Below are positions 10,720 through 20,066 of a DNA stretch of 64,000 nt, piece by piece (position 1 is the first letter of the stretch; each line of letters begins with the position of its first letter). The stretch spans positions 5,926 to 69,925 of the forward strand of contig DBHK01000010.1 in NCBI GenBank assembly GCA_002295635.1, read 5' to 3'. The notes under the pieces were generated by a model. It saw nothing but the letters and a program-made list of their open reading frames with translations, had not been told where the DNA came from and did no database searches. The DNA is from Alphaproteobacteria bacterium UBA830 (GTDB taxonomy: Bacteria; Pseudomonadota; Alphaproteobacteria; MPNO01; UBA830). A program made the position numbers and the translations under genes.

Positions 10720-11705
10720 CAGACACTCCTCCCTTCCCATTCGCCATCAAAGAAATAATTTATTTCATCCTGCACTAACGATAGGTTTTCTAACCTATTG
10801 ATATTATGTCGGAATTCTTTTGAAAATTTATAGCCTTGGCTATACCAGGCGAGGTGCTTACGTGCTATTCGAAGGCCACGATAAGTTCCAAAATATTCTA
10901 GCATATCCTCGAAATGACCGCGAACTATCTGGGCCCGCTCGGGTAGTGAAGGATCAGCCACCCGTTCCCCAGTTAATAGGTATTGAACAACTTGACCAGG
11001 AAACCAAGGACGTCCGGTGGCCCCTCGGCCGATCATCACACCGGCCGCACCGGATTGATATACGGCTTTATCCACATCATCCAAGGTCTGAATATCACCA
11101 TTCGCAATAACCGGTATTGACACCGCATCTGTCACATTGCGGATAAATCTCCAATCCGCTGTTCCTGTGTACATTTGACACCTCGTGCGGCCATGCACAG
11201 TGATAAGTTGAACGCCCTCATTTTCAGCTATTCTCGCTAGTTCCGGAGCATTAAGGCTATTCTCATCCCACCCTTTCCGCATTTTTAAAGTTACTGGAAC
11301 ATCCACGGCGTTAACGGTGGCCTCAATAATCTTCCGCGCGTGATCGAGATCCCGCATCAGCGCCGAACCAGATTGTTTATTGACAACCTTCTTAACTGGA
11401 CACCCCATATTAATATCGATTATGGCGGCCCCACGATCGACATTCATCTTTGCCGCTTCGGCCATAATCACCGGCTCGTAGCCGGCGAGTTGTACCGCAA
11501 TAGGCTCCTCATCAACCAAATTCGAGGTCATTTTCAGAGTTTTTTGGTTGGCATGGACCATGGCTTGGCTAGCGATCATCTCTGAAACGACCAGTCCAGC
11601 GCCCCATTTCCTTACCAGCCTCCTGAACGGCAGATCGGAAATACCGGACATTGGCGCCAGAATCACCGGCGATTCTAGCACAACAGATCCAATGCGGATG
11701 GGCAT
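10719..11705 (-). CDS. dusB: tRNA-dihydrouridine synthase DusB (NifR3)
   Basis: [23 protein letters not shown] and ANGDI; conserved position upstream of ntrB. Confidence 0.95.
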   Translation of the reverse strand: MPIRIGSVVLESPVILAPMSGISDLPFRRLVRKWGAGLVVSEMIASQAMVHANQKTLKMTSNLVDEEPIAVQLAGYEPVIMAEAAKMNVDRGAAIIDINMGCPVKKVVNKQSGSALMRDLDHARKIIEATVNAVDVPVTLKMRKGWDENSLNAPELARIAENEGVQLITVHGRTRCQMYTGTADWRFIRNVTDAVSIPVIANGDIQTLDDVDKAVYQSGAAGVMIGRGATGRPWFPGQVVQYLLTGERVADPSLPERAQIVRGHFEDMLEYFGTYRGLRIARKHLAWYSQGYKFSKEFRHNINRLENLSLVQDEINYFFDGEWEGRSV

Positions 11706-11777
11706 TATTTAGGCAGCGTTTTTTTCGTGATGAAAAGGTAGGCAACCTTAACTCTGACAGGCAAAAAAATCAATCAG

Positions 11778-12587
11778 TTATCCGGAACCTGCCAGTATTA
11801 CATCCGTGACAAACTTCACGCCCAGATATGCTAGTGTAATTAGCAGATACGCGGCTAGAATATATCGCGCTGCTCGACGACCTCTAATACCAGTCCTAAC
11901 ATGAACCAACAAAAGCGTAATGATGACGCCGAATGTCATCATTGAAAACGTCGTTTTATAATTTAATTCAATTAAACGACCGGACTGAAAATACTCCGCT
12001 CCCATACCACTAAGAAGGCCAAGGCCAAGAACCAGCCCACCCGCGGTTAATAAAGTAACCTGAATACGTTCACCATCCGCAACAGATGGTAACAACCTCG
12101 CAAACCCACCCGGCCGCTTTTGCTTTAGTGCGTTTTCTTGGAGGATTACTGCTAAGCCTGAGATAGCACCAATTGTCAGCAGACCGTATGTCACAACCGA
12201 AATGAGAATATGGTATTGCACCCATGCCGTGGGGGCCTGTTCTGTCATCGCTCTCTCGGGCTGGTGTAGCCAGAGCGTGGCCAAAAGCGCAATAATAACC
12301 ATATACGGCAGCACTATCGGTGCCAGCTTCCAGGCGTCTCGCATCATGGCCGAAAGGACCCCGAAAACGGCTAGGCTAGTGGCGATCGTAACCCAAAGAG
12401 CTGATGCGAGCCCGGTACGCCAACCCGGTGCAAACGTCGCCAATACCCAAGTAACAGGTCCGGCAACAGCAACAGCAAGTAGGCCCCAGAACAAGGCATC
12501 ACGGGTCGCGTTGCGACGTAACGATATAATCGTTGCGGGTAACAGGGCGAGAAAAGCGGATATTGTTAGTAAAGTGTGAGAAAGCAT
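11778..12587 (-). CDS. Cytochrome c assembly (CcsA/YpjD-like) inner-membrane protein
   Basis: About 8 hydrophobic segments, HILIS..YG, QE..LK.K, LPSV and G.RGRRAA...LAYLG.KFV, which are typical of this family. Confidence 0.75.
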   Translation of the reverse strand: MLSHTLLTISAFLALLPATIISLRRNATRDALFWGLLAVAVAGPVTWVLATFAPGWRTGLASALWVTIATSLAVFGVLSAMMRDAWKLAPIVLPYMVIIALLATLWLHQPERAMTEQAPTAWVQYHILISVVTYGLLTIGAISGLAVILQENALKQKRPGGFARLLPSVADGERIQVTLLTAGGLVLGLGLLSGMGAEYFQSGRLIELNYKTTFSMMTFGVIITLLLVHVRTGIRGRRAARYILAAYLLITLAYLGVKFVTDVILAGSG

Positions 12588-12602
12588 ATATAGATAATAG
12601 CA
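12588..12602 (-). promoter_or_regulatory. Putative extended -10 promoter giving a leaderless ccsA-like mRNA
   Basis: Minus strand reads TG-C-TATTAT-CTATAT-ATG, placing the A of ATG at position 7 after the -10 box. No Shine-Dalgarno is present. Confidence 0.55.
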
Positions 12603-12713
12603 TTGGAAGCGATGCTACGTCGTCATCTAACTTAAGCAGACTTTTTTTGGGAATCGGTTGGCGGCGTTCTAGGTTTCCCGTAACTTGATCCTCTACCCTC
12701 CTTAGGAGTTTCG

Positions 12714-13871
12714 ATGGCTCACAGTGCCGCCCTGATACTTGCCGGAGGCTCCGGCAGTCGCCTCGGATCCGACACCCCGAAACAGTATCTCCAATTTAAC
12801 GGAATTTCGATGCTCCGCAGAACCGTAGATGTCTTTGCGAACCATCCCGCGATTGAAACCATTAAAATCGTTATCCGTGCCGAAGATAGGGATCTTTTAG
12901 ATGAAGCGATGAGAGATAAGGACATTGCGCCGCCTATTATCGGTGGCACAACTCGCCAAGAGTCAGTAATTAATGGCCTCGAAGTAATGGCAGTAGACGC
13001 GCCAGAATATGTATTGATCCACGATGCTGCAAGGCCATTCGCCAATGTTGCTACTATCGACCGGGTACTCGCCGCGCTAAAAACATCACCAGCGGCTTTA
13101 CCAGGAATTCCCGTGACCGATACTTTAAAGCGATGTGTGGGTGACCCGCTGATGGTCAGCGATACCGTTGACCGTTTGGGGTTATGGCATGCACAAACTC
13201 CGCAGGGGTTTCGTTTCGCCGATATTCTTAGTGCTCATCGGGCCTGTAAAGGACTGAAGATGACTGACGATTCCGCAATCGCCGAGCACGTAGGGTTACC
13301 AATCGCATTGGTACAGGGGAATAGCGAAAATTTCAAAATAACCACAGCTGAAGATTTAAGATGGGCGCAGCGCATGACTTTGAACACAAGTGGCGATATT
13401 CGAGTGGGTAATGGCTTTGATGTTCACGCTCTTGGTCGAGGAAATCATATAGTTCTTTGCGGGGTCAAGATACCTCATAGCCGAGGTTTAGAGGGTCATT
13501 CCGACGCTGACGTAGCTATGCACGCGGTAACAGATGCACTTCTGGGCGCAGTCGCGAAGGGCGATATCGGAAGCCACTTTCCGCCTTCGGAACCAGAATG
13601 GCAGGGACGGCCGTCCAGTATATTCCTCGAACATGCCGTTATATTGATCACGGAACTAGGCGGAAGCATCGGAAACATTGATCTAACGATTATCTGTGAA
13701 GCACCGAGGATAGGCCCGCATCGTGCCGAAATGGTTTCTTCCTTAGCCAACATCCTCAAAATCTCTCCAGACAGAGTTAGCGTGAAAGCCACAACAACGG
13801 AAATGTTGGGTTTCACGGGCCGGGGAGAAGGGATAGCAGCCCAAGCCTCAGCCCTTGTCCGCCTCAGATAA
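12714..13871 (+). CDS. ispDF: Bifunctional IspD/IspF (MEP pathway)
   Basis: LAGGSGSR, PKQY, IHDAARP, QTPQGF, then GFDVH, GHSDADV, DIG.HFPP and KATTTE. RBS AGGAG. Confidence 0.96.
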   Translation: MAHSAALILAGGSGSRLGSDTPKQYLQFNGISMLRRTVDVFANHPAIETIKIVIRAEDRDLLDEAMRDKDIAPPIIGGTTRQESVINGLEVMAVDAPEYVLIHDAARPFANVATIDRVLAALKTSPAALPGIPVTDTLKRCVGDPLMVSDTVDRLGLWHAQTPQGFRFADILSAHRACKGLKMTDDSAIAEHVGLPIALVQGNSENFKITTAEDLRWAQRMTLNTSGDIRVGNGFDVHALGRGNHIVLCGVKIPHSRGLEGHSDADVAMHAVTDALLGAVAKGDIGSHFPPSEPEWQGRPSSIFLEHAVILITELGGSIGNIDLTIICEAPRIGPHRAEMVSSLANILKISPDRVSVKATTTEMLGFTGRGEGIAAQASALVRLR

Positions 13872-13874
13872 AAA

Positions 13875-14366
13875 ATGAAGTTCGGTAAGCTTCCATCGGG
13901 ATTATCTTTCTGGCACCCAGCGGTTCTGATTTCCACCTTCGGCGGAACCGGCCTATTACCGGTCGCACCTGGGACTTGGGGCTCCCTATTCGCATTGCCC
14001 TTCGCCTGGCTTATCGCCTCCGAATTCGGCAGTCTGGGTCTTCTGACTGCTTCGGCTGTCGCCCTGCTGGCGGGAGTTTGGTCTTCCACGTACTATCTGA
14101 AATCCACTTCCCTCAAGGACCCCGGAACGATCGTTATCGACGAGACAGCTGGCCAGTTCCTGGTCCTTGCCTTCGTCCCGCTGAATTTTTGGTGGTACCT
14201 TGCCGGTTTTATCTTGTTCCGTATCGCCGACATCCTAAAACCCTGGCCCGCATCGTGGGCGGATCGTTTCCTACCCGGAGCCTGGGGTATAATGACTGAT
14301 GATATTTTCGCAGCTCTATACCCAATCGGGATCCTTTACAGCGTAAACAACTATCTATTTGGTTAA
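13875..14366 (+). CDS. pgpA: Phosphatidylglycerophosphatase A
   Basis: APGTWGS, DPGTIVIDE, FR.ADI.KPWP and IM.DD. Confidence 0.92.
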   Translation: MKFGKLPSGLSFWHPAVLISTFGGTGLLPVAPGTWGSLFALPFAWLIASEFGSLGLLTASAVALLAGVWSSTYYLKSTSLKDPGTIVIDETAGQFLVLAFVPLNFWWYLAGFILFRIADILKPWPASWADRFLPGAWGIMTDDIFAALYPIGILYSVNNYLFG

Positions 14367-14370
14367 CAAA

Positions 14371-14853
14371 ATGATCGATAAAAACGTCCGAACTGCAGCC
14401 CAAGTTCTTATAGCGAACTGTCTTGAAGCGGGCCTGATGGTTACAACGGTCGAATCTTGTACCGGCGGACTAGTCGCCGCTTCTCTGACAGAAATTCCCG
14501 GTTCTTCGGCAGTCTTGGACCGTGGGTTTGTCACTTACACGAACGAGGCTAAGAATGAACTGGTTGATGTCCCGATGAAACTCTTTTCGAAGGTGGGAGC
14601 GGTCAGCGAAGAAGTCGCTCGCGCAATGGCAGTTGGGGGCATAGAAAATTCCCGAGCAGATATTTCGGTAGGTATAACGGGCGTAGCCGGGCCGGGCCAA
14701 AGCGAGAATAAATTGGCAGGTCTGGTGCATATTTGTGCGGCTAGGAAAAATACGGAAGTCCTGCACGAATGCTGCATGTTCGTTGGTGATCGAGCTGCAG
14801 TGCGAAAGGCTTCGGTTCTGAAGGCGTTCGAACTTATCAGCCGTCTGCTATGA
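14371..14853 (+). CDS. cinA: CinA/PncC-family NMN deamidase
   Basis: ESCTGG, PGSS, GFVTY.N.AK, GAVSEEVA.AMA and ITGVAGP. Confidence 0.9.
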   Translation: MIDKNVRTAAQVLIANCLEAGLMVTTVESCTGGLVAASLTEIPGSSAVLDRGFVTYTNEAKNELVDVPMKLFSKVGAVSEEVARAMAVGGIENSRADISVGITGVAGPGQSENKLAGLVHICAARKNTEVLHECCMFVGDRAAVRKASVLKAFELISRLL

Positions 14854-15650
14854 GCCTCAGACCAAGGGTTGCTGGGGTCGACTTTTCCGGCGCCCGCGAC
14901 GCGGGCCATCATATCTGGGTAGCCGAAGGGACGCCAACCGTTGAAGGCCTACAAATCGACACTCTTTCTCGGGCCGCCGACCTACCTCTCGGCGGCGTAG
15001 GTTTTACCGAGGCTATTACGGGGCTGCGCAATCATCTCGAAGGCATGACAGATACTATCATTGGTCTTGATTTTCCATTCAGCATTCCCGCAGTACTGAT
15101 AGAACAAGTAACTTGGCCGGCTTTTATCCGGGATTTTTCTAGTCGCTTTGAAACAGCCGAAAATTTTAGAGACCATTGCCGATTGAAAACGGGCGGCAAG
15201 GAATTGAAACGCCTTTCAGACGTTGAGGCTAGGGTTCCCTGGTGTGCATACAACCTAAGAATTTACCGCCAAACGTGGGCAGGTATCCGACATGTGCTCT
15301 CTCCTCTGGTCGCTGATAAATGCGTACGGGTTGTTCCCATTCAAACACCGAAATATGGACTACCGATCATAGCGGAGGTTTGTCCCGCCTCCCTTCTCAA
15401 AAGTGAAGGCTTGTACGTTCGTTACAAGGGCCGCGGACTGGAGCTGCGAAAAGCACGGTCAATGATCCTGTCGAAAATGACGCAACGTGAACTACTATTA
15501 CCAATTACTGGTGCAATAAGAAAATCTATGGTGGAAGATATCGGTGGGGATGCATTGGACGCGGCATTGGCCGCGGTTTGTGCTTCGGGTATCGTAGATA
15601 TTTCGCCACGATCAGCCGCAGACCGGCTCGAATGCCGGGGCTATTTTTAG
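14850..15650 (+). CDS. DUF429-like protein (predicted RNase H-like nuclease fold)
   Basis: GVDFSGA, GLDFPFS, AEVCP and DALDA..AA acidic-residue pattern. The start overlaps the cinA stop (ATGA). Confidence 0.7.
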   Translation: MSLRPRVAGVDFSGARDAGHHIWVAEGTPTVEGLQIDTLSRAADLPLGGVGFTEAITGLRNHLEGMTDTIIGLDFPFSIPAVLIEQVTWPAFIRDFSSRFETAENFRDHCRLKTGGKELKRLSDVEARVPWCAYNLRIYRQTWAGIRHVLSPLVADKCVRVVPIQTPKYGLPIIAEVCPASLLKSEGLYVRYKGRGLELRKARSMILSKMTQRELLLPITGAIRKSMVEDIGGDALDAALAAVCASGIVDISPRSAADRLECRGYF

Positions 15651-15706
15651 TTGTTTGGTCATTAAACTCAACTCTCCTCTCGAATGTCCGCTAGACCAAT
15701 ACTAAA

Positions 15707-16135
15707 TCAGCCGTACCTATTGTTAGCTTGGGTTTCGAATGCACGTACCATACGTCGAACGGCTTCGTAAAATAATGGTTCCATAATCTTGCGCAGCAAT
15801 CGGGAGCGGAATTCAAAATCAATAAAGAAATCTATCTCGCAACCACCTTCCTTGTCTTTAAATAGCCATCGATTTTCTAGGTATTCAAATGGACCATCGA
15901 GGTATTCTACGTCGATACGCTCTTTGGGCGTAAGCGTCACTTTGGACTTAAATTTCTCCCTAAGCATCTTGAACCCCACGATCATATCGGCCTCGATCAG
16001 GCAATCCCTCCTATGAGTGATGCGCAATCCCAAGCACCAAGGCAAAAAGTTAGGATAGTCTTCAACATCTGAGACAAGTTCGTAGAGTTGGTCAGGCGTG
16101 TGTGGCAGAAACTGCTTTTCACTGTGGGTCGGCAT
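15707..16135 (-). CDS. ratA: RatA/Coq10 START-domain protein
   Basis: LVSDVEDYPNFLPWC, GPF.YL.NRW.F and FEF.S; follows lipA. Confidence 0.9.
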   Translation of the reverse strand: MPTHSEKQFLPHTPDQLYELVSDVEDYPNFLPWCLGLRITHRRDCLIEADMIVGFKMLREKFKSKVTLTPKERIDVEYLDGPFEYLENRWLFKDKEGGCEIDFFIDFEFRSRLLRKIMEPLFYEAVRRMVRAFETQANNRYG

Positions 16136-16142
16136 GGGGACG

Positions 16143-17096
16143 CTAGCTTACGGCCGCCAGTTTTACCTCCCGCGCCTCCCGCATTTGAGCGAAGTCACTG
16201 TCGGCATGATAGGATGATCGCGTCAAAGGCGAAGAAGAGACCATCAGGAACCCCTTGCCATAGGCGGCATTTTTATATGAATCAAATTCGTCAGGCGTTA
16301 CGAAGCGGTCAATGCCATGATGCTTCACCGTTGGCTGCAGGTATTGGCCGATCGTCAGGAAGTCTACATCTGCGGCCCTCAAGTCGTCCATTACCTGCAA
16401 AATCTCCTCCTTGCCCTCCCCGAGGCCTGCCATTAGGCCGGACTTGGTGAAGATAGTCGGGTCCATCTGCTTCACCTTGTGCAAAAGATTAAGAGATCGG
16501 AAATATCGAGCACCAGGACGGACCGAAGTATAAAGTCGCGGAACGGTCTCAAGGTTGTGATTAAATACGTCCGGGCGAGCTTCTGCCACGATCTCGACCG
16601 CACCTTTTTTATTTTTAAAATCGGGTGTCAGAATTTCGATAGTGGTCTGAGGGGAGTTTTCTCGGATACGGCGAATAACCATAGCGAAATGCGCGGCCCC
16701 ACCATCGTTAAGGTCGTCGCGATCTACAGAAGTTATCACCACGTGCGAGAGGGCCAGCTCCGCCACTGCGACGGCCACGTGTTCTGGCTCTAACCTCTCA
16801 AGAGGGCTTGGTATTCCCGTCGCAATGTTGCAAAAAGCGCAGGCTCGAGTGCAAACATCGCCCATAATCATTATTGTAGCATGTTTCTGAGCCCAACATT
16901 CACCGATATTGGGACATGCCGCCTCTTCACATACGGTGTTCAGCTTCAGCTTCCGCATAAGGTCGTGGGTTTCCTGATAAACCGGCGACGTCGGAGCCTT
17001 TACCCTTATCCACGGTGGCTTGCGCTGGATTGGGTTATCGGGCCGATGAACCTTCTCCGGGTGACGTACTCGCTCAGATTTGGCAAATTTTCCCAT
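16143..17096 (-). CDS. lipA: Lipoyl synthase
   Basis: [12 protein letters not shown], radical-SAM motif CTRACAFC and RSSYHA. Confidence 0.97.
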   Translation of the reverse strand: MGKFAKSERVRHPEKVHRPDNPIQRKPPWIRVKAPTSPVYQETHDLMRKLKLNTVCEEAACPNIGECWAQKHATIMIMGDVCTRACAFCNIATGIPSPLERLEPEHVAVAVAELALSHVVITSVDRDDLNDGGAAHFAMVIRRIRENSPQTTIEILTPDFKNKKGAVEIVAEARPDVFNHNLETVPRLYTSVRPGARYFRSLNLLHKVKQMDPTIFTKSGLMAGLGEGKEEILQVMDDLRAADVDFLTIGQYLQPTVKHHGIDRFVTPDEFDSYKNAAYGKGFLMVSSSPLTRSSYHADSDFAQMREAREVKLAAVS

Positions 17097-17099
17097 ATA

Positions 17100-18500
17100 T
17101 CAGAAGTGAACCGCGCGGCCGTATGCGTCAAGTACCGATTCATGCATCATTTCAGATAGAGTTGGGTGCGGGAATACCGCCCCCATCAACTCCGATTCAG
17201 TAGCTTCGAGCGTCTTTCCAACCATGTAACCTTGAATAAGCTCCGTTACCTCGGCACCTATCATATGCGCGCCAAGAAGTTCGCCGGTTTTCCCATCGAA
17301 CACCGTTTTAACTAAGCCTTCGCTGTCACCCATGGCTATTGCCTTGCCGTTACCAATGAACGGGAACCGGCCAATCCTTACTTCATACCCAGCTGTCTTA
17401 GCAGCGGTCTCAGTCATGCCAACGCTGGCTACTTGTGGCCGAGAATAGGTGCAGCCAGGGATCAGTGATGTATTCAAAGGATGGGTATCCTCGCCCGCGA
17501 TATGCTCAACACAGATTATACCCTCGTGGCTTGCCTTGTGGGCGAGCCAGGGTGGTCCTGTTAGGTCTCCGATGGCGTAGACGCCCGGCTCACTGGTTTC
17601 CATCCATTCGTTAATTACCACATGGCCATTATCGATTTGAATATCGGTTTTTTCGAGTCCAATATCCTCGACGTTACCGGTAATACCTACTGCTACAATT
17701 ACCCGGTCGACGGTTATTTCTTCAAACTTTCTCCCACCCACCTCGATTGTCGCTATGACGTTGTCCGCACCGGGCACTAGTTCCTTGACCTTGGCGCTAG
17801 TGTGGATGGTCATCCCCTGTTTCTCAAACACCTTCTGCGCCATCGCCGAGATTTCTTCATCCTCCAGTGGCAGTATCCGGTCCATCAATTCAACAACGTA
17901 TACATTAGCGCCAAGGTCGGAATAAAAGCTAGCAAACTCGATCCCGATTGCGCCCGAGCCGATTACCAGAAGCGAGTCCGGCATTATCTCCGGCACCATT
18001 GCTTCTTTGTAAGTCCAAATGAGCCTACCGTCCGGTTCAAACCCGGGCAAAGCGCGTGCCCTAGCGCCAGTTGCGAGAATAATATGATCGGCGGTCAACT
18101 CGGTTGAACTACCATCCAGATCGTTGACCGTTAGAGTTCCAGCGCCTGACAAGGCGCCAGCACCCATAATCACATCAACTTTGTTTTTTTTCAGCAAATG
18201 CCCGATGCCTTGGTTAAGTTTTTTCGCGACGCCGCGAGAACGCTTTACAATCTTTTGCACGTCAAAAGAGACACCCTTCACCGAAAGTCCAAATTCCCCG
18301 GCATGGTCGATGAGGTGTTTAATCTCGGAGGCTCGCAGCAAGGCCTTGGTGGGGATACAGCCCCAATTTAAGCAAATTCCGCCCAGATGCTCACGCTCGA
18401 CGACCGCTACCTTCAAGCCAAGCTGCGCCGCTCGGATAGCCGCCACGTAACCGCCGGGGCCACTGCCAACAACGATCAAATCGTATTGCTTGTCCGCCAC
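17100..18500 (-). CDS. lpdA: Dihydrolipoamide dehydrogenase (E3)
   Basis: GSGPGGY, GGICLNWGCIPTK, GSGAIG and HPTLSE. GTG start at 18500 after an AAGGA RBS. Confidence 0.96.
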   Translation of the reverse strand: MADKQYDLIVVGSGPGGYVAAIRAAQLGLKVAVVEREHLGGICLNWGCIPTKALLRASEIKHLIDHAGEFGLSVKGVSFDVQKIVKRSRGVAKKLNQGIGHLLKKNKVDVIMGAGALSGAGTLTVNDLDGSSTELTADHIILATGARARALPGFEPDGRLIWTYKEAMVPEIMPDSLLVIGSGAIGIEFASFYSDLGANVYVVELMDRILPLEDEEISAMAQKVFEKQGMTIHTSAKVKELVPGADNVIATIEVGGRKFEEITVDRVIVAVGITGNVEDIGLEKTDIQIDNGHVVINEWMETSEPGVYAIGDLTGPPWLAHKASHEGIICVEHIAGEDTHPLNTSLIPGCTYSRPQVASVGMTETAAKTAGYEVRIGRFPFIGNGKAIAMGDSEGLVKTVFDGKTGELLGAHMIGAEVTELIQGYMVGKTLEATESELMGAVFPHPTLSEMMHESVLDAYGRAVHF

Positions 18501-18599
18501 AGCATATCCTTTCTCACCCCATCGGGGGAATTTTACAATCACGTTTCATTACTAAGCGTTTTCCTCAACGAGGCGCAACTTCCAGACGCCATTAGGATT

Positions 18600-20048
18600 C
18601 TACAGAAGCATCAAAGCAGGGTTTTCTAACCGACGTTTAATCGCTGCCAGTAGCTCCGCTCCGATAGCGCCGTCCACCACCCTATGATCAACCGAAAGTG
18701 TGCAACTCATGACCGTCGCTGGCACGATCTCTCCATTTCTCACGATCGGGCGTTGTTCCCCCGACCCCACCGCGAGAATTGAGGCCTGCGGCGTATTGAT
18801 CACTGCGTCGAATTGCTTGACGCCAAACATTCCAAGGTTCGAGATTGAAAATGATCCGCCCTCATATTCCTCCGGCAACAGCTTCCCTTCACGAGCCCGG
18901 GACGCGAGATCCTTCATGTCGGCTGAAATTTTCTTAATTCCCTTATTCTCCGCTGCGCGCACGATAGGTGTTATCAATCCACCCGGGATAGCGACGGCGA
19001 CCGAGATGTTAGCAGCGTGAAACTGCCGCATTTCTCCCTCACCTTCATAAGCAACATTGGCAGCTGGCACCTCCATTAATGCCAAAGCGCACGCTCGGAT
19101 AACGAAATCGTTAACGGAAATATTTACATCGCTCTGTGCGTCATTTAACGATTTTCGGGTTTTGAGAAGCTCATCAATTTGGCAGTCCATCGTAAGATAG
19201 AAATGTGGCACCTCTGATTTAGACTCTATCATTCGCCGGGCAATAGCCTTCCGCATTGTAGTCAGTTTAATTATCTCTGACTTGCCTTCGGAAGATTCGG
19301 TTGTTCCCTCGATAAATGAGGTTTTCGGGGCGGCTAAAGGTTGTTTAATATTTTCAACAGCTTCGATATCGGATTTTACAATCCGCCCGCTTGGTCCTGT
19401 GCCAGAAATTTTCTCCAGATCGACATTTAAATCATTGGCCATACGCTTCGCGAGAGGGCTGACGAAGATGCGATCAACTTCCACGGGAATATTGGATCGA
19501 TCTCCCTCCATGGAGATAGCACCCTGATTACGACCCAGCTTTCCACTGTCGAATAGCGCCCCCTCAACATCAGCTTTTAGTATTTTGCCCTGGGCACCAG
19601 ATCCGGCAATCGAGCCGAGATCAAGACCTGTCTGCTCAGCTATGCGCTTTGCGAGCGGGCTCACCCGAACATCAGCACTCTGCAGGGAAGTTGCAGAAGG
19701 AGATGTGCTTGAAGATACTTCGTATTCCCGACTAGCGGGATCTGATCCAGATTGCTTCTCGGTATCGTCTCCGGCGGCTTCGACATCAACGGTCGAAGTG
19801 TCCTCGCCATCTTCCAGCAACAAGGCGATAGTTGCATTCACCTCCACCCCTTCAGCACCCTCCGGCACCAGGATCCTGCCAACAACACCCTCATCGATGG
19901 ACTCAACTTCCATGGTAGCTTTGTCAGTTTCTATCTCTGCAATGACATCTCCGGGGTTTACTTCATCACCCACCTCCACGCACCACTTGGCGAGGTTACC
20001 TTCGGTCATCGTAGGCGACAGAGCCGGCATTAGAATCTTAATCGTCAT
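18600..20048 (-). CDS. pdhC: Pyruvate dehydrogenase E2 acetyltransferase (one lipoyl domain, two subunit-binding domains)
   Basis: ETDKA lipoyl site, two SPLAKR...G.I.K.D repeats and catalytic DHRVVDGA. Confidence 0.95.
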   Translation of the reverse strand: MTIKILMPALSPTMTEGNLAKWCVEVGDEVNPGDVIAEIETDKATMEVESIDEGVVGRILVPEGAEGVEVNATIALLLEDGEDTSTVDVEAAGDDTEKQSGSDPASREYEVSSSTSPSATSLQSADVRVSPLAKRIAEQTGLDLGSIAGSGAQGKILKADVEGALFDSGKLGRNQGAISMEGDRSNIPVEVDRIFVSPLAKRMANDLNVDLEKISGTGPSGRIVKSDIEAVENIKQPLAAPKTSFIEGTTESSEGKSEIIKLTTMRKAIARRMIESKSEVPHFYLTMDCQIDELLKTRKSLNDAQSDVNISVNDFVIRACALALMEVPAANVAYEGEGEMRQFHAANISVAVAIPGGLITPIVRAAENKGIKKISADMKDLASRAREGKLLPEEYEGGSFSISNLGMFGVKQFDAVINTPQASILAVGSGEQRPIVRNGEIVPATVMSCTLSVDHRVVDGAIGAELLAAIKRRLENPALMLL

Positions 20049-20066
20049 ATTCGGCTACCTACCAGT

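Noticed and set aside
12714-13871. IspD-IspF fusion
   Set aside because: The fusion is standard in alphaproteobacteria.
15707-16135. RatA 'toxin' with no antitoxin nearby
   Set aside because: It is the conserved Coq10-like START protein next to lipA, not evidence of a toxin-antitoxin module.
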